DNA of 64,000 nucleotides from a virus. Lineage: Duplodnaviria; Heunggongvirae; Uroviricota; Caudoviricetes. Below the pieces are notes generated by a model. It was not told the origin of the DNA. It did not search any database and saw only the letters and a list, made by a program, of their open reading frames with translations. The DNA lies in the IMG/VR virus record IMGVR_UViG_3300035501_000173. One strand, 5' to 3'. The translations under genes and the position numbers were made by a program. This document shows, in pieces, positions 33,893-43,839 of the stretch; the first letter of the stretch is position 1, and each line of letters opens with the position of its first letter.

Positions 33893-34143
33893 TTATTACG
33901 ATAATAATTAATTATATCATAAATCAATTGTTCTGGATCATTAGCAACATATACTGTTGTATACATTCTACTTATATCACAAGCTAACCCAGATAAAGGA
34001 GCATAATTCTCTTCGTAATCATCAACATGATCTTCAAAGAAATCATCGTCTACAAAATAAGGCTCGCGTGTACTCTCAAGTACTTCACCTATATTTGGAG
34101 TTTGTGTATATTGTACACTACCTAAACTTTTAAAATTAATCAT
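33886..34143 (-). CDS. Hypothetical protein.
   Basis: ORF of 85 aa. Confidence 0.4.
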   Translation of the reverse strand: MINFKSLGSVQYTQTPNIGEVLESTREPYFVDDDFFEDHVDDYEENYAPLSGLACDISRMYTTVYVANDPEQLIYDIINYYRNKC

Positions 34144-34421
34144 AGAAAACCAACATTTAAATTAGAAATTTCTGTAGTTTTAGACACCTCATGATTATTT
34201 CTGTAATAATCAATCACATCTCTTAATGGATTGTAATAATCACTAATATACAGTAATGAATAATGTTGTGCATCACCTGCCCAAAAAATACCACTTTGCC
34301 ATTCCTCACCTTTTTCCTGTTCAAAAATATCTACGTTACCATATATATGATTTCTAATCCACTTTTTATTCACAGCAAACATGGTTATAGCTCCTTTAAT
34401 ATTTCTGGAGTTATTTTCCAT
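34140..34421 (-). CDS. Hypothetical protein.
   Basis: ORF of 93 aa. Confidence 0.4.
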   Translation of the reverse strand: MENNSRNIKGAITMFAVNKKWIRNHIYGNVDIFEQEKGEEWQSGIFWAGDAQHYSLLYISDYYNPLRDVIDYYRNNHEVSKTTEISNLNVGFL

Positions 34422-34469
34422 TTAGGTTTTACTTTTTGCAACTCTTTACAGAATTGTTCTTCAAGTTCT

Positions 34470-34862
34470 TCACAAGTCATTTTGCACTTCGATTGAGGCT
34501 TTAGCCCATTCATCTAAGTCAATATGCAAACAATTATCCAATTTAAAGTAATATTTAGAATTCTGAGTAGTAAAATACTCAGAATTCCAATTAATAGACT
34601 CTATATTAGAAGTTCTATACCACTCACTTCCAGCATCTATGTAAAGAGATACACCTTCGGCAAAGATAGCACACCAACCTTCAAACCTAAAACCATCATC
34701 TTTCCATATAATTATATAACCACAAGAGCTATGCTGAATATTATAGATTTGTTCTGTAGACAAACCCTTTTCAGCTAATTCAATGGAATTACAATGCCAT
34801 AGATTATTAAGAGGTATTAAATTAGATATTGCTATTAAATCCGTAAATTTAAGTTCTCGCAT
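34470..34862 (-). CDS. Hypothetical protein.
   Basis: ORF of 130 aa. Confidence 0.5.
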   Translation of the reverse strand: MRELKFTDLIAISNLIPLNNLWHCNSIELAEKGLSTEQIYNIQHSSCGYIIIWKDDGFRFEGWCAIFAEGVSLYIDAGSEWYRTSNIESINWNSEYFTTQNSKYYFKLDNCLHIDLDEWAKASIEVQNDL

Positions 34863-35136
34863 CCTTTAAGTAATTAATTAAATCTTCTATAGGGTCTTCA
34901 CAAGCTTCTTTGTAAAAGAGTTTATTTAAGTCACCATTCTTCATAACTATAATAAATGGATTTAATCTAGCCCCATACTCACTTTTTAATTTATAAGCAC
35001 TAGTTTTATCCGAGTGATATTCCGTATTTAAAATAGTGAAATAAATAGACTCTTTCTCTTTATTTACAGGTATGATAGCATCTGTAAACTTTTTTGATTC
35101 TTTAGAATTATTGACTACTATAGTTATGTTTAACAT
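34849..35136 (-). CDS. Hypothetical protein, possibly thioredoxin-like without a CxxC motif.
   Basis: ORF of 95 aa. Confidence 0.35.
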   Translation of the reverse strand: MLNITIVVNNSKESKKFTDAIIPVNKEKESIYFTILNTEYHSDKTSAYKLKSEYGARLNPFIIVMKNGDLNKLFYKEACEDPIEDLINYLKDART

Positions 35137-35137
35137 T

Positions 35138-35569
35138 TTAGTCCAAGGGTGTTAAGTAGAAATGATTATAATCTATATTTAAATGATAAGCACCATTAAG
35201 AACATGATCCAGCTCAAAATCACTAAAATAACTAACCCAATCCACCTTAATATAAGGTCTTAAATTAGCAGGTTCTATAACCATAGAGTCTTCATACTCT
35301 TCCTTAAGTTGCTGAATACAATTAAATACTAATTTATCAGCATCTTTACTATCAAGAACTTGAAAGCTTCTAGTTAAGTGCCCATCATTTATAGTTACCA
35401 TATTAGGAAGAATTTCCTCTGTAACTTTTAATGCGTCGAGATTTTCAGTATCAGCATCTATAAATAACAAAGCAGCTACAACTTTATAAGGTTTTTCAAA
35501 TTCCTGCTTTTTAGCAAATTCCATGTAAACTTTAGCTGCTGCCTCATCAACAAAATAGTCTGTAATCAT
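35138..35569 (-). CDS. Hypothetical protein.
   Basis: ORF of 143 aa. Confidence 0.5.
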   Translation of the reverse strand: MITDYFVDEAAAKVYMEFAKKQEFEKPYKVVAALLFIDADTENLDALKVTEEILPNMVTINDGHLTRSFQVLDSKDADKLVFNCIQQLKEEYEDSMVIEPANLRPYIKVDWVSYFSDFELDHVLNGAYHLNIDYNHFYLTPLD

Positions 35570-36006
35570 TTTTGTTTATACTTAGAATCGTTATCAACAT
35601 TTAAAATATACATAGTTTCATAAGTTTCATGAAGCATAACTGCATCATCGCAAAAATCATAAATATCAGGAGAGTTTCTATCCCAGTAATAATCCCAGTC
35701 AATATATTCTCTTATTTCTGCAGGGGTTTTCTCCATTATAGATTCTACAAATTCTTCCTGATATGCAGTTATTTTTTCATCTAGTGCCTCTTCATTAAAT
35801 ACTCTGTAAATATGATCACCATATTCAATATCTTTAGAATTTATATTTAACTCACGAATTTCAAATTTATCATTTTCTTCTAAATCTAAATCGTAAGTTA
35901 AAATTAAAGCAGCGACACATTTATCATAACCGTGTTCATCACACCAATCTAGAATCTCTGTTTCATGCTTTTTCTCTGCTTCTAAATCAATAAGTTCATC
36001 AATCAT
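35566..36006 (-). CDS. Hypothetical acidic protein.
   Basis: ORF of 146 aa. Confidence 0.5.
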   Translation of the reverse strand: MIDELIDLEAEKKHETEILDWCDEHGYDKCVAALILTYDLDLEENDKFEIRELNINSKDIEYGDHIYRVFNEEALDEKITAYQEEFVESIMEKTPAEIREYIDWDYYWDRNSPDIYDFCDDAVMLHETYETMYILNVDNDSKYKQK

Positions 36007-36323
36007 AAGCTAAGTATTATATTGTTTAAATATTCTCTAGTTCCTTTGACGCAAGCTTCTTTTAAATCTTCAATTAAATTTATTATATGTGAAGCTTCAT
36101 CTTCACTCATTTGAATATCTATAGGTTGTAGATGCTCTGGTTCAATTTTTAGATTCCATTTATCTAGTGTTGTAGAAAGCATTCGTAAAACTATTTTTAT
36201 TTTAATGGGATAATTGAATCGAACTTCTTTAACACCTAGAGTTGGAACTTCTGTAACACTTGTCCAATATTTAGTTGGATTCTTAGTAAGCTTTTTAATA
36301 ATAGTTTCTACTGTCTGCAACAT
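36003..36323 (-). CDS. Hypothetical protein.
   Basis: ORF of 106 aa. Confidence 0.45.
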   Translation of the reverse strand: MLQTVETIIKKLTKNPTKYWTSVTEVPTLGVKEVRFNYPIKIKIVLRMLSTTLDKWNLKIEPEHLQPIDIQMSEDEASHIINLIEDLKEACVKGTREYLNNIILSL

Positions 36324-36325
36324 AC

Positions 36326-37705
36326 CTATTGATAAATTAAAACATTCTTTTTAGTTCTAGATAAAGCTACATATTGAAGTTGCCTTCTTACAGCTTCATC
36401 ATTACAACTATTTATATTACGAATATCTACAAATACACTATCAAAGGTACTACCTTGGGATTTATGTGTACTTATAGCATAACTATAGTCAAAAGATTTC
36501 TTTCGGATTAATCTACCATCCACGTATAAATCAATTGGTGTAGTAAAGCTTCCCATCATTTCAAAATATTTTTTCCAATAATAGTTAGCTTTTTGCCTTT
36601 CACCTAGTTGTTTTAGTTGAATTGCTTGTTGTCTGTAACCTTCAATTTTTAAAGATAAAGACTCAAGATAATCTTTAGAAATATCTTTAGATAAAATAGA
36701 TATATTTTCACTACTTTTTGTTAATGAATCATAAAGTTCCATACTAATCCCAGGCAAAGAGCCAAAATTTGGAATATGAATTTCTGTTTTAAAAGGTTCA
36801 TTTACAATAATATAATCCATAGAATTATAAAATTTGAACCCATTAAACTCAAGATTCTCACAACCAATAAGGAATTCACCCTTATGATACTGACAATCTT
36901 TACCAAAGAATGCTTGGTGTATCGCTTGATTGTAAGCCTTAACTCTATCATTCGTATAACATAAAATCTTAGTACTTAATATATCTCCTTTTTTCATAGC
37001 TTTCGCTAATGCAATTTTTGCTTCTTTCAAAAATTCCTTCATATCAGACGTTACAAGAAGACTTCCTTCCTCTCCGATGCAATTATCAAAGTGCTTCATT
37101 GAATGCGTTCTGAGTGTCTGTAACACGTCAATAAAACCATTTTTATCGGACTGTCTGTATATCTTTTGAAGTTCTACACAGGGTTGTGTATGAATAACTT
37201 TTGAAAGAAAATCTTGTTTTACAGGCTGTAATTGTGCAAAATCTCCAGTAAATATAATCTGTGATTCTTGTTCTTGCACTTGTGCAATTAAACAGGAATA
37301 CAAATCATTATTTATCATCGAAGATTCATCACAAATCACAATACCACGCTTAGGAATAGATGTAACATTACCACTACATTTAAACATAAGATTACGAAAA
37401 TCAAGAGCAAAAATGTCGAGATTAGGAGAAAGCGAGAGTAATTTGTGCAATGTAACTGCTTCTCTTTCTGTATATCTTTCAAGCACCAATGCCGCTTTAT
37501 GAGTTGGGGCACATAGTGCGTATTGAATACGATTGCGTTCACACCAATCAATTATATAATTTACTAATACACTTTTACCAGTACCAGCACTACCGTAGTA
37601 GAGACAGGCAGGTTCTTTATGATCATTAATAAATTTTATGACCATATTAAGAGCCTTTTCCTGATCTTCTCCTAAGATAATGCTGGTATCATGTTTATTT
37701 ATCAT
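36326..37705 (-). CDS. SF1 DNA helicase, Dda/RecD-like.
   Basis: Walker A motif GSAGTGKS, a CAPTHKAA motif and the C-terminal motif ISTHKSQGSTFDSVFVD. Confidence 0.8.
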   Translation of the reverse strand: MINKHDTSIILGEDQEKALNMVIKFINDHKEPACLYYGSAGTGKSVLVNYIIDWCERNRIQYALCAPTHKAALVLERYTEREAVTLHKLLSLSPNLDIFALDFRNLMFKCSGNVTSIPKRGIVICDESSMINNDLYSCLIAQVQEQESQIIFTGDFAQLQPVKQDFLSKVIHTQPCVELQKIYRQSDKNGFIDVLQTLRTHSMKHFDNCIGEEGSLLVTSDMKEFLKEAKIALAKAMKKGDILSTKILCYTNDRVKAYNQAIHQAFFGKDCQYHKGEFLIGCENLEFNGFKFYNSMDYIIVNEPFKTEIHIPNFGSLPGISMELYDSLTKSSENISILSKDISKDYLESLSLKIEGYRQQAIQLKQLGERQKANYYWKKYFEMMGSFTTPIDLYVDGRLIRKKSFDYSYAISTHKSQGSTFDSVFVDIRNINSCNDEAVRRQLQYVALSRTKKNVLIYQ

Positions 37706-38040
37706 TTCTTAAATATTGCCGTAATTACGTATTTACCTGATTTAAAAGCCTCAGGGTATCTACCTTCAATTACTTTAGCAGCTTCATCCTTAGAGGCTGC
37801 TTCGCACCATTCACTAAAATCATCCTCAACTTCATGAGTTTCTAAGTTAACAGAATTGACATACACTGTAAACTTAATATTACTCATACTAAGCTTAGTA
37901 GCATCAAACTCTTTTCTCGGAACTTCTTTCTTTTCAGGAATAATATCAGTTTTCTTTAAATAGTATTTCTTACCATTTAAGACATAGTACTTACCACCTT
38001 TAGGGCCTGTAAGAATTTCTACATTTTCTGGAATTTTCAT
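37702..38040 (-). CDS. Hypothetical protein with an N-terminal GPKGGKYY…NGKKYY motif.
   Basis: ORF of 112 aa. Its N-terminus is paralogous to the small ORF at 38970..39140. Confidence 0.45.
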   Translation of the reverse strand: MKIPENVEILTGPKGGKYYVLNGKKYYLKKTDIIPEKKEVPRKEFDATKLSMSNIKFTVYVNSVNLETHEVEDDFSEWCEAASKDEAAKVIEGRYPEAFKSGKYVITAIFKK

Positions 38041-38543
38041 TATACTTTACTTTTAAAATCCGTACAAATAACTCCCCACTTAACATTTGAGCAGGAGTTC
38101 ATTATGATAGTAAGTTTATCACAATCAATACCATCACATCTTTCTAAATAGGGATACTTAGTTTTAATATAAGCATCTAGATTATTTACATTTAGAGTAA
38201 ATGAATCCTTTTCGTAATCGTAACTAATCAGTTTATAAGCTTCGATTATTACTTTATTTAATTTTACAATATCAGAAGGTAACTCTTCTCCTTTACACAG
38301 ATACAAATAATCAATGGCTGTTGGAATAAACAATTCTCCGATAAACTTTGTGTAATATGAGTCTAATAATGCGGGTCTGGAAGGGAAATTTCCAAATAAA
38401 TTATAATTATTGTCTATTAACTCTATTTCATTACCAGATAATCTCCTAACAAAATCCTTTATATACACATAATTATCGTAACCCAAGTAGTGCCCTATCA
38501 GATTATCTAATATATCAACATGATTCATCATTGTATTAACCAT
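38040..38543 (-). CDS. Hypothetical protein.
   Basis: ORF of 167 aa. Confidence 0.5.
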   Translation of the reverse strand: MVNTMMNHVDILDNLIGHYLGYDNYVYIKDFVRRLSGNEIELIDNNYNLFGNFPSRPALLDSYYTKFIGELFIPTAIDYLYLCKGEELPSDIVKLNKVIIEAYKLISYDYEKDSFTLNVNNLDAYIKTKYPYLERCDGIDCDKLTIIMNSCSNVKWGVICTDFKSKV

Positions 38544-38983
38544 TTAAATGTACTATTTGCATTCAGATGATAAGATAACTTATACATATCTACATTAGAA
38601 GTATCTACTTTATAAGAAAGATTACATTCAGTATAAAGTTCATTTATATAAGATAGTAGATCCTCTAAATTAAATAAATACACATTAGTATCTTCTCTCC
38701 GTACAAATACACTATTAGGTAAAGAATCTATGAAAGCACCTTCTAGTTCACCATAAACAACAAAAGAGTTTGATGGTTCATACATAAAATCAAAGAATAA
38801 TTTTACAAGTTCATAATTTACTTGTTCGTTAAGCTTGATTCTAAAAGTATCCAAAGTATCTGCATCTATTTTTACGTAATCCAGAAGATTTAATTCATCC
38901 TTGGACAACGAATCATAGAAGTAAGCAATGTCTGAATAATCCTCAATAAAGTAATCCAGAAATTGATCCTTAGTTAGTTGCAT
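38528..38983 (-). CDS. Hypothetical protein.
   Basis: ORF of 151 aa. Confidence 0.5.
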   Translation of the reverse strand: MQLTKDQFLDYFIEDYSDIAYFYDSLSKDELNLLDYVKIDADTLDTFRIKLNEQVNYELVKLFFDFMYEPSNSFVVYGELEGAFIDSLPNSVFVRREDTNVYLFNLEDLLSYINELYTECNLSYKVDTSNVDMYKLSYHLNANSTFKWLIQ

Positions 38984-39140
38984 TTTTCAAAACGTGTTTA
39001 GCTTGAAACTTAGATTCTGGAGTAGCTTTCTTAGCTACTTTTGCCTTAGCTTCTTTACCTTTTACATAATGTTTCTTACCATTCTCATCCAACCAGTAAT
39101 AACCACCTCTTGGGCCTTTAATCATTTTGTGAGTAATCAT
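38970..39140 (-). CDS. Small basic protein (~56 aa): MITHKMIKGPRGGYYWLDENGKKHYVKGKEAKAKVAKK…
   Basis: Manual translation; the ORF is below the track cutoff. It shares the GP(K/R)GG(K)YY…NGKK motif with 37702..38040. Confidence 0.35.
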   Translation of the reverse strand: MITHKMIKGPRGGYYWLDENGKKHYVKGKEAKAKVAKKATPESKFQAKHVLKNATN

Positions 39141-39146
39141 AATATT

Positions 39147-39659
39147 TTAACATTTAAATTCAACAATTTCTCCACTTTCTAAAGTTGCAGGTACATCTAT
39201 CAGCCTTTGATTACTTGAACCTCTAAAAGGGAGTGATACATCTCTACTATTTAATTCAAATTCCCCATCCACTAGAACATCTATATTGCATAATATTATA
39301 TGCCAATTAGACATTTTAAATATATGCTCAAATGTAAATCCTGTATATACCCAAATATCTTTATTAGGAAATCTTTTTTTAAGTTCTACTAAAAGATCTT
39401 CTAATTCTTGCTGATATTGAGAATTATATAACTTAATAGGCTCTCCTCCAGATAATGTTATACCTTTAATATAAGGTAATTCCAGAATTCTAAATAATTG
39501 TTCTTTAGTTTCTTCTGTAAAAGGTTTTCCATTATCTTCAATCCACGATTCTGGATTATGACACCCTATACAATGATGCGGACACCCAGCAACCCAAAGA
39601 GTTACTCGGCATCCGCATCCGTTATTAATATCAGGATAAGTTATTTTAAGATAGTTCAT
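39147..39659 (-). CDS. nrdG: Anaerobic ribonucleotide reductase activating enzyme (radical SAM).
   Basis: Cysteine cluster VAGCPHHCIGCHNPESW, typical of NrdG. Confidence 0.85.
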   Translation of the reverse strand: MNYLKITYPDINNGCGCRVTLWVAGCPHHCIGCHNPESWIEDNGKPFTEETKEQLFRILELPYIKGITLSGGEPIKLYNSQYQQELEDLLVELKKRFPNKDIWVYTGFTFEHIFKMSNWHIILCNIDVLVDGEFELNSRDVSLPFRGSSNQRLIDVPATLESGEIVEFKC

Positions 39660-39846
39660 AGTCGTGCTCTTCTACGTATTCTTTCATACCTTGTATAACA
39701 GTTTCTGACATAAAAGTTTGCCCTACTAACAAGCCATGTAAAGCTTCTAGTATATCAGTAACTGAACAATCTTCGTAAGCACTTTCCCATGAAAACTTAT
39801 TACTACCTATTTCTAGTGTTAATTTAGTCTTTCTATCCTCGTTCAT
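39646..39846 (-). CDS. Hypothetical protein.
   Basis: ORF of 66 aa with an ATGA overlap with nrdD. Confidence 0.4.
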   Translation of the reverse strand: MNEDRKTKLTLEIGSNKFSWESAYEDCSVTDILEALHGLLVGQTFMSETVIQGMKEYVEEHDYELS

Positions 39847-42800
39847 AGTTCTTTTATATGTTTAACTCGTTGTTCGACCTCCTGTTGCTTACCAACGTTA
39901 AATGACGTCTTGTAGTCTCCGGTTAAATAACCTGTTACACGGCGTAATCGCTTGATATTTTTACTACCACACATAGGACAAGTATCATTCAATTCATCAA
40001 TATAACCACAGTCTTGACAAGAATCATTTGGTACATTAATGGCAAAGTATGGAATATCATGATCCATTGCATAATTAACAATCTCTTCAATAGCTTCTGG
40101 ATTATGCTTAGTAGAAGCAGGTAATTCAACATAAGTTATACAACCTGCACTACTGAAACCAGTAAGTTGTGATTCAATTTCAATTTTCTCAAATGGAGTA
40201 CATTCATGCCATACAGGTACGTGCATACTATTAGTAAAGAAATCACGTTCTGTAATTCCTGGAACTTCACCAAATTGCTTCTTAAATTTCTGCATTGCTG
40301 TGTAACACAAATTTTCAGCAGGAGTATAATAAACACCAAAATTAAGTTTATAAGCTTCTTTGAATTCACTGCACCTCTTCTTAAAGAGAGCTTCTAATTC
40401 TTTAGCTTTATCCATAATTTCTGAATCAGTATGGTCTTTACCGAAAATAATTCTCAAAGCTTCTGATAATCCTAATTGACCAATAGCTAAAGTACCATGT
40501 TTTAATGCTGAACGAATACCTTCTTCAGGTTTATATCCATACATTACATTATTTTGATACATAAACTTAGCTGATGCAGCATCTTGACTACATATCCAAT
40601 CAAATCGTTCAATTAGCATATCTTTTGCTTCATGAATCTTAGTATCCAACAATTCAATAAATTTATTCCATACTAAATCCTTGATATTTATATCTGCATT
40701 ATCCATATTAGATATAGCTTGCAGTTTAGAATTCATTGCAAGTGTAGGAAGTATGATTGTAACAGGACAGATATTACCTCTACCATCTTTAAGTTGACCA
40801 AAACCATTAATATCCCAGCCATTCGCTGTCCTGCATCCCATTGTACTAAAATAAGTGCGAGGATCGTTTATATCATACCCTTCATTACCAGACCAATCTA
40901 CATTGGCATAATTAGGGTATAACCTAAGACTCGTAACCTTAGTAGCTTCTTGGAATATATCATAATTCGGATCTCCAGGTTTTCGATTAACACCTTTCAT
41001 TAATTGAACGATACAGCACGGAAAAATCGGAGTGCTATGATGGCTACCAATACCATTCTTACTTACTTCAAGTAAAGCTAGACTAATAAGACGTCCTTCA
41101 GGTTGTGTACAAGTACCATAATTAATAGAAGTGAATGGTAATTGATTACCACTTCTACTTTGTAAAGTATTTAAATTATGATACATACCTTCAACAGCTT
41201 GATGAATTTCTCGTTTAGTCATATCCAAAGCATATTCATAAGAATTGGGATGCTCTTTATACAAACTATCCTCTATAGACAAATCTGTTTGATCATACTT
41301 CTCATTACGAATATGGTCAATATACTTCAATCCAGTTCTGTAGTGCTTATTAAAAGATAGTCTTACATAAGGAACCATAGTCCAATCTAGATGAGTTGCA
41401 GACACACCACCAAATTGTTGTAAACTTTGTACTTGGAATATTACAGCTAATAATTGAAATGCTGTATTAACACTCTTAGCAGGTCTAACATCAGTTTGCT
41501 TTAGCTTAAACCCGTTAGTAAGTAAGTCGTCTACTGGTATGCTCAAACAGTTTCCTGTTACCATACATCCAGCCAAAGTAAAACTGTGAGTTTCTGGAGC
41601 TTCAACACACCAAGTTACTTGTACAGATCCAGCCGTTATTTTATCTAACCGCCATGGTTTATTTTCTTGCTGTTTAACACATAGTTGAAAATCATAATAA
41701 GTAACATCTTCTTTGTAATTAGTAGATTTTACATGCTCTCTTTTCGACCAAACATGAAACCCTGCAAGAGGTGCGGCAAATTCAATAAATTCTGCTAATC
41801 TACTATCAGTTGTAGAAATAGTATTATTTGCTTTACACCCATCTGCTGAAAAATAGCCTAAGAAAATACTAGCAATAGCATTTTTATCTAGAATATTCCA
41901 AAATTTACCTTCAAGAAAATTTTGTTTATAAGATCCATTACCTCTAGTATGAAGAGTAATATCTCCATTACTATGATGTTGTCGAATACTATAACCAGCT
42001 TTTAAGAAATTACCCAAGTATTCTACTTTATCGGAACATAGTCTTACATTCATTCCACTGTTTGTAATTCTACTTTTATCTTTAGAATACATAAAGTAAT
42101 CACAACCATCGCCTAATACAAATCCAAAACACCATAAAGTATTGTCTAATATAAAATCAGTTGTACTTACAGGCGTTAATATTAGTTTATCACCAACTTG
42201 TATATTATCAGTAATATCCCCATTACTTAAAATCCATCTATGATTTCTAGTACAGGTGACAGTTTTCTTAGTAATTCCAGCACTAAACTCTAAAGTGTAC
42301 ATTTTTTGTTTCTCATATTGATGTACCGTAGCAAATTCCCAATCTCCATTTTTATTTAGAATTTCTACAGGTTGACCGTCTGTAAAACTGTCAAAAGTTC
42401 TTACACCTCTAGAAGTTACAAACTTAGTATCATGGCTATAACAGTTGTGCATCCCCACAGCGTAAGAATCCAAATCATGAATGTATATTTCATTATTTTC
42501 ATGATTATGCTTAGCCATTTCAGACATACAATAATTAAGAGCATAATCTTTAGTTACAACTCTACCTGCTTCACCAATACGTCCACCAAATGAATGCTCG
42601 TCAATATTAGCATTTTGATTTTTTACATTAGAAGCTTCAAGTTTAGATTTAATGCCTTTAATGAGTTTATCTTTTTCAGCACGAAGCATCTTACGTTCTT
42701 CTCTATAAAGAATATAAGCTTTAGCTACATCTGGAAAATCATAATCCATTAAAAGCTCTTCAACCTGATCTTGTATATCCTCAATATTAATCTCATCCCA

Positions 42801-42941
42801 AGTTTGTACTTCATTAGTTATTTCACTAATAACTTTAGAAGCATCTTCGTATCCACACTCTTTAAATGCTGCTGAAATCGCATTTATAATTTTACTCTTA
42901 TCAAATTCAGCTAATGTACCGTCTCTTTTTGTTACTTTCAT
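39843..42941 (-). CDS. nrdD: Anaerobic (class III) ribonucleoside-triphosphate reductase with an N-terminal ATP-cone. It contains a 298-aa intein.
   Basis: ATP-cone sequence at the N-terminus. C-terminal zinc ribbon CQDCGY…CPMCG and glycyl-radical motif RVTGYL. Total length is 1,032 aa, or 734 aa without the intein. Confidence 0.85.
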   Translation of the reverse strand: MKVTKRDGTLAEFDKSKIINAISAAFKECGYEDASKVISEITNEVQTWDEINIEDIQDQVEELLMDYDFPDVAKAYILYREERKMLRAEKDKLIKGIKSKLEASNVKNQNANIDEHSFGGRIGEAGRVVTKDYALNYCMSEMAKHNHENNEIYIHDLDSYAVGMHNCYSHDTKFVTSRGVRTFDSFTDGQPVEILNKNGDWEFATVHQYEKQKMYTLEFSAGITKKTVTCTRNHRWILSNGDITDNIQVGDKLILTPVSTTDFILDNTLWCFGFVLGDGCDYFMYSKDKSRITNSGMNVRLCSDKVEYLGNFLKAGYSIRQHHSNGDITLHTRGNGSYKQNFLEGKFWNILDKNAIASIFLGYFSADGCKANNTISTTDSRLAEFIEFAAPLAGFHVWSKREHVKSTNYKEDVTYYDFQLCVKQQENKPWRLDKITAGSVQVTWCVEAPETHSFTLAGCMVTGNCLSIPVDDLLTNGFKLKQTDVRPAKSVNTAFQLLAVIFQVQSLQQFGGVSATHLDWTMVPYVRLSFNKHYRTGLKYIDHIRNEKYDQTDLSIEDSLYKEHPNSYEYALDMTKREIHQAVEGMYHNLNTLQSRSGNQLPFTSINYGTCTQPEGRLISLALLEVSKNGIGSHHSTPIFPCCIVQLMKGVNRKPGDPNYDIFQEATKVTSLRLYPNYANVDWSGNEGYDINDPRTYFSTMGCRTANGWDINGFGQLKDGRGNICPVTIILPTLAMNSKLQAISNMDNADINIKDLVWNKFIELLDTKIHEAKDMLIERFDWICSQDAASAKFMYQNNVMYGYKPEEGIRSALKHGTLAIGQLGLSEALRIIFGKDHTDSEIMDKAKELEALFKKRCSEFKEAYKLNFGVYYTPAENLCYTAMQKFKKQFGEVPGITERDFFTNSMHVPVWHECTPFEKIEIESQLTGFSSAGCITYVELPASTKHNPEAIEEIVNYAMDHDIPYFAINVPNDSCQDCGYIDELNDTCPMCGSKNIKRLRRVTGYLTGDYKTSFNVGKQQEVEQRVKHIKEL
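41550..42443 (-). mobile_element. Intein with a LAGLIDADG homing endonuclease domain, inserted in NrdD at aa 167-464.
   Basis: Begins with block A-like CYSHDTKF after the extein sequence AVGMHN. Ends with block G-like THSFTLAGCMVTGN followed by the +1 Cys. Two LAGLIDADG-like motifs are present: FGFVLGDGCDYF and LGYFSADGCKA. Confidence 0.7.
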
Positions 42942-43044
42942 AAGTTTATTGTAGTTTATTAATTATTTCGAGCAAATAGAATTAAAATTAACCATTTAAA
43001 GGTTAACTTCAAAACTATTCATAGCTCTTAAATTAGTATTCTAC

Positions 43045-43833
43045 TTATACACCTAGGATTCGTCCAACAAGAAGAGTCTTTTCATAACGAGTAAAGCAAT
43101 CTTTACTCCAGTTATCGGTTATTTGCTGAGTAAAGGCATTGTACACATTCAGCATACTACAGTCATGATTACCTGTAAAATAATCACTATCCTCATTTAC
43201 AAATAACTCCTTATAAGCACTTAATACCATAGTTGTAGCAACCTTCACTTTACCATAACCAGAGGTATAATCCATACCCATAGAGTTACGAATCCAACGT
43301 CCCAAACTTTCATTTATATTTAAATCTGAAGCTTCAAACGTAGTGTCATTAAGCATTCTTAGTGTATTACTGATTGTCTCAGTACGTTCTAGCAATCGCT
43401 TAATAGGTGTAAAATCAAGAGCTGTTTCAGGTTCAATTTCTTGAATATCCAAACCACTAGGAGAGAATACACACAAATTAGTACAAGCAGAGCGTTCTGC
43501 ACCACTGTACAGTTTACAAATAGGCTTACGTACATCCAATCCATATACCATACCAACTACTTGTGTATGACCTTCAAAAGCATACTCATTAGGGAGAACA
43601 GCTTCTATATTAACACGATTAAATGTTAAATCGTCAGTGACTACATTACCAGAATCAGTAAGAGTTATTTGTTCTGGAGTTTTTACTTTAACGGTAAAAT
43701 TATTGGTATACTTAGAAAGTCTATCAATAAAAGGCTCCAAGTAATCAGCAGTCTTAAAATAGTCTTTCTCCTTAATTCTAGTTGCCTTACCTTGAAGAAT
43801 TTCCTCTAAGGTAAATACATGTTCGTTTGTCAT
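43045..43833 (-). CDS. Hypothetical protein.
   Basis: ORF of 262 aa. Confidence 0.55.
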   Translation of the reverse strand: MTNEHVFTLEEILQGKATRIKEKDYFKTADYLEPFIDRLSKYTNNFTVKVKTPEQITLTDSGNVVTDDLTFNRVNIEAVLPNEYAFEGHTQVVGMVYGLDVRKPICKLYSGAERSACTNLCVFSPSGLDIQEIEPETALDFTPIKRLLERTETISNTLRMLNDTTFEASDLNINESLGRWIRNSMGMDYTSGYGKVKVATTMVLSAYKELFVNEDSDYFTGNHDCSMLNVYNAFTQQITDNWSKDCFTRYEKTLLVGRILGV

Positions 43834-43839
43834 AATTCT

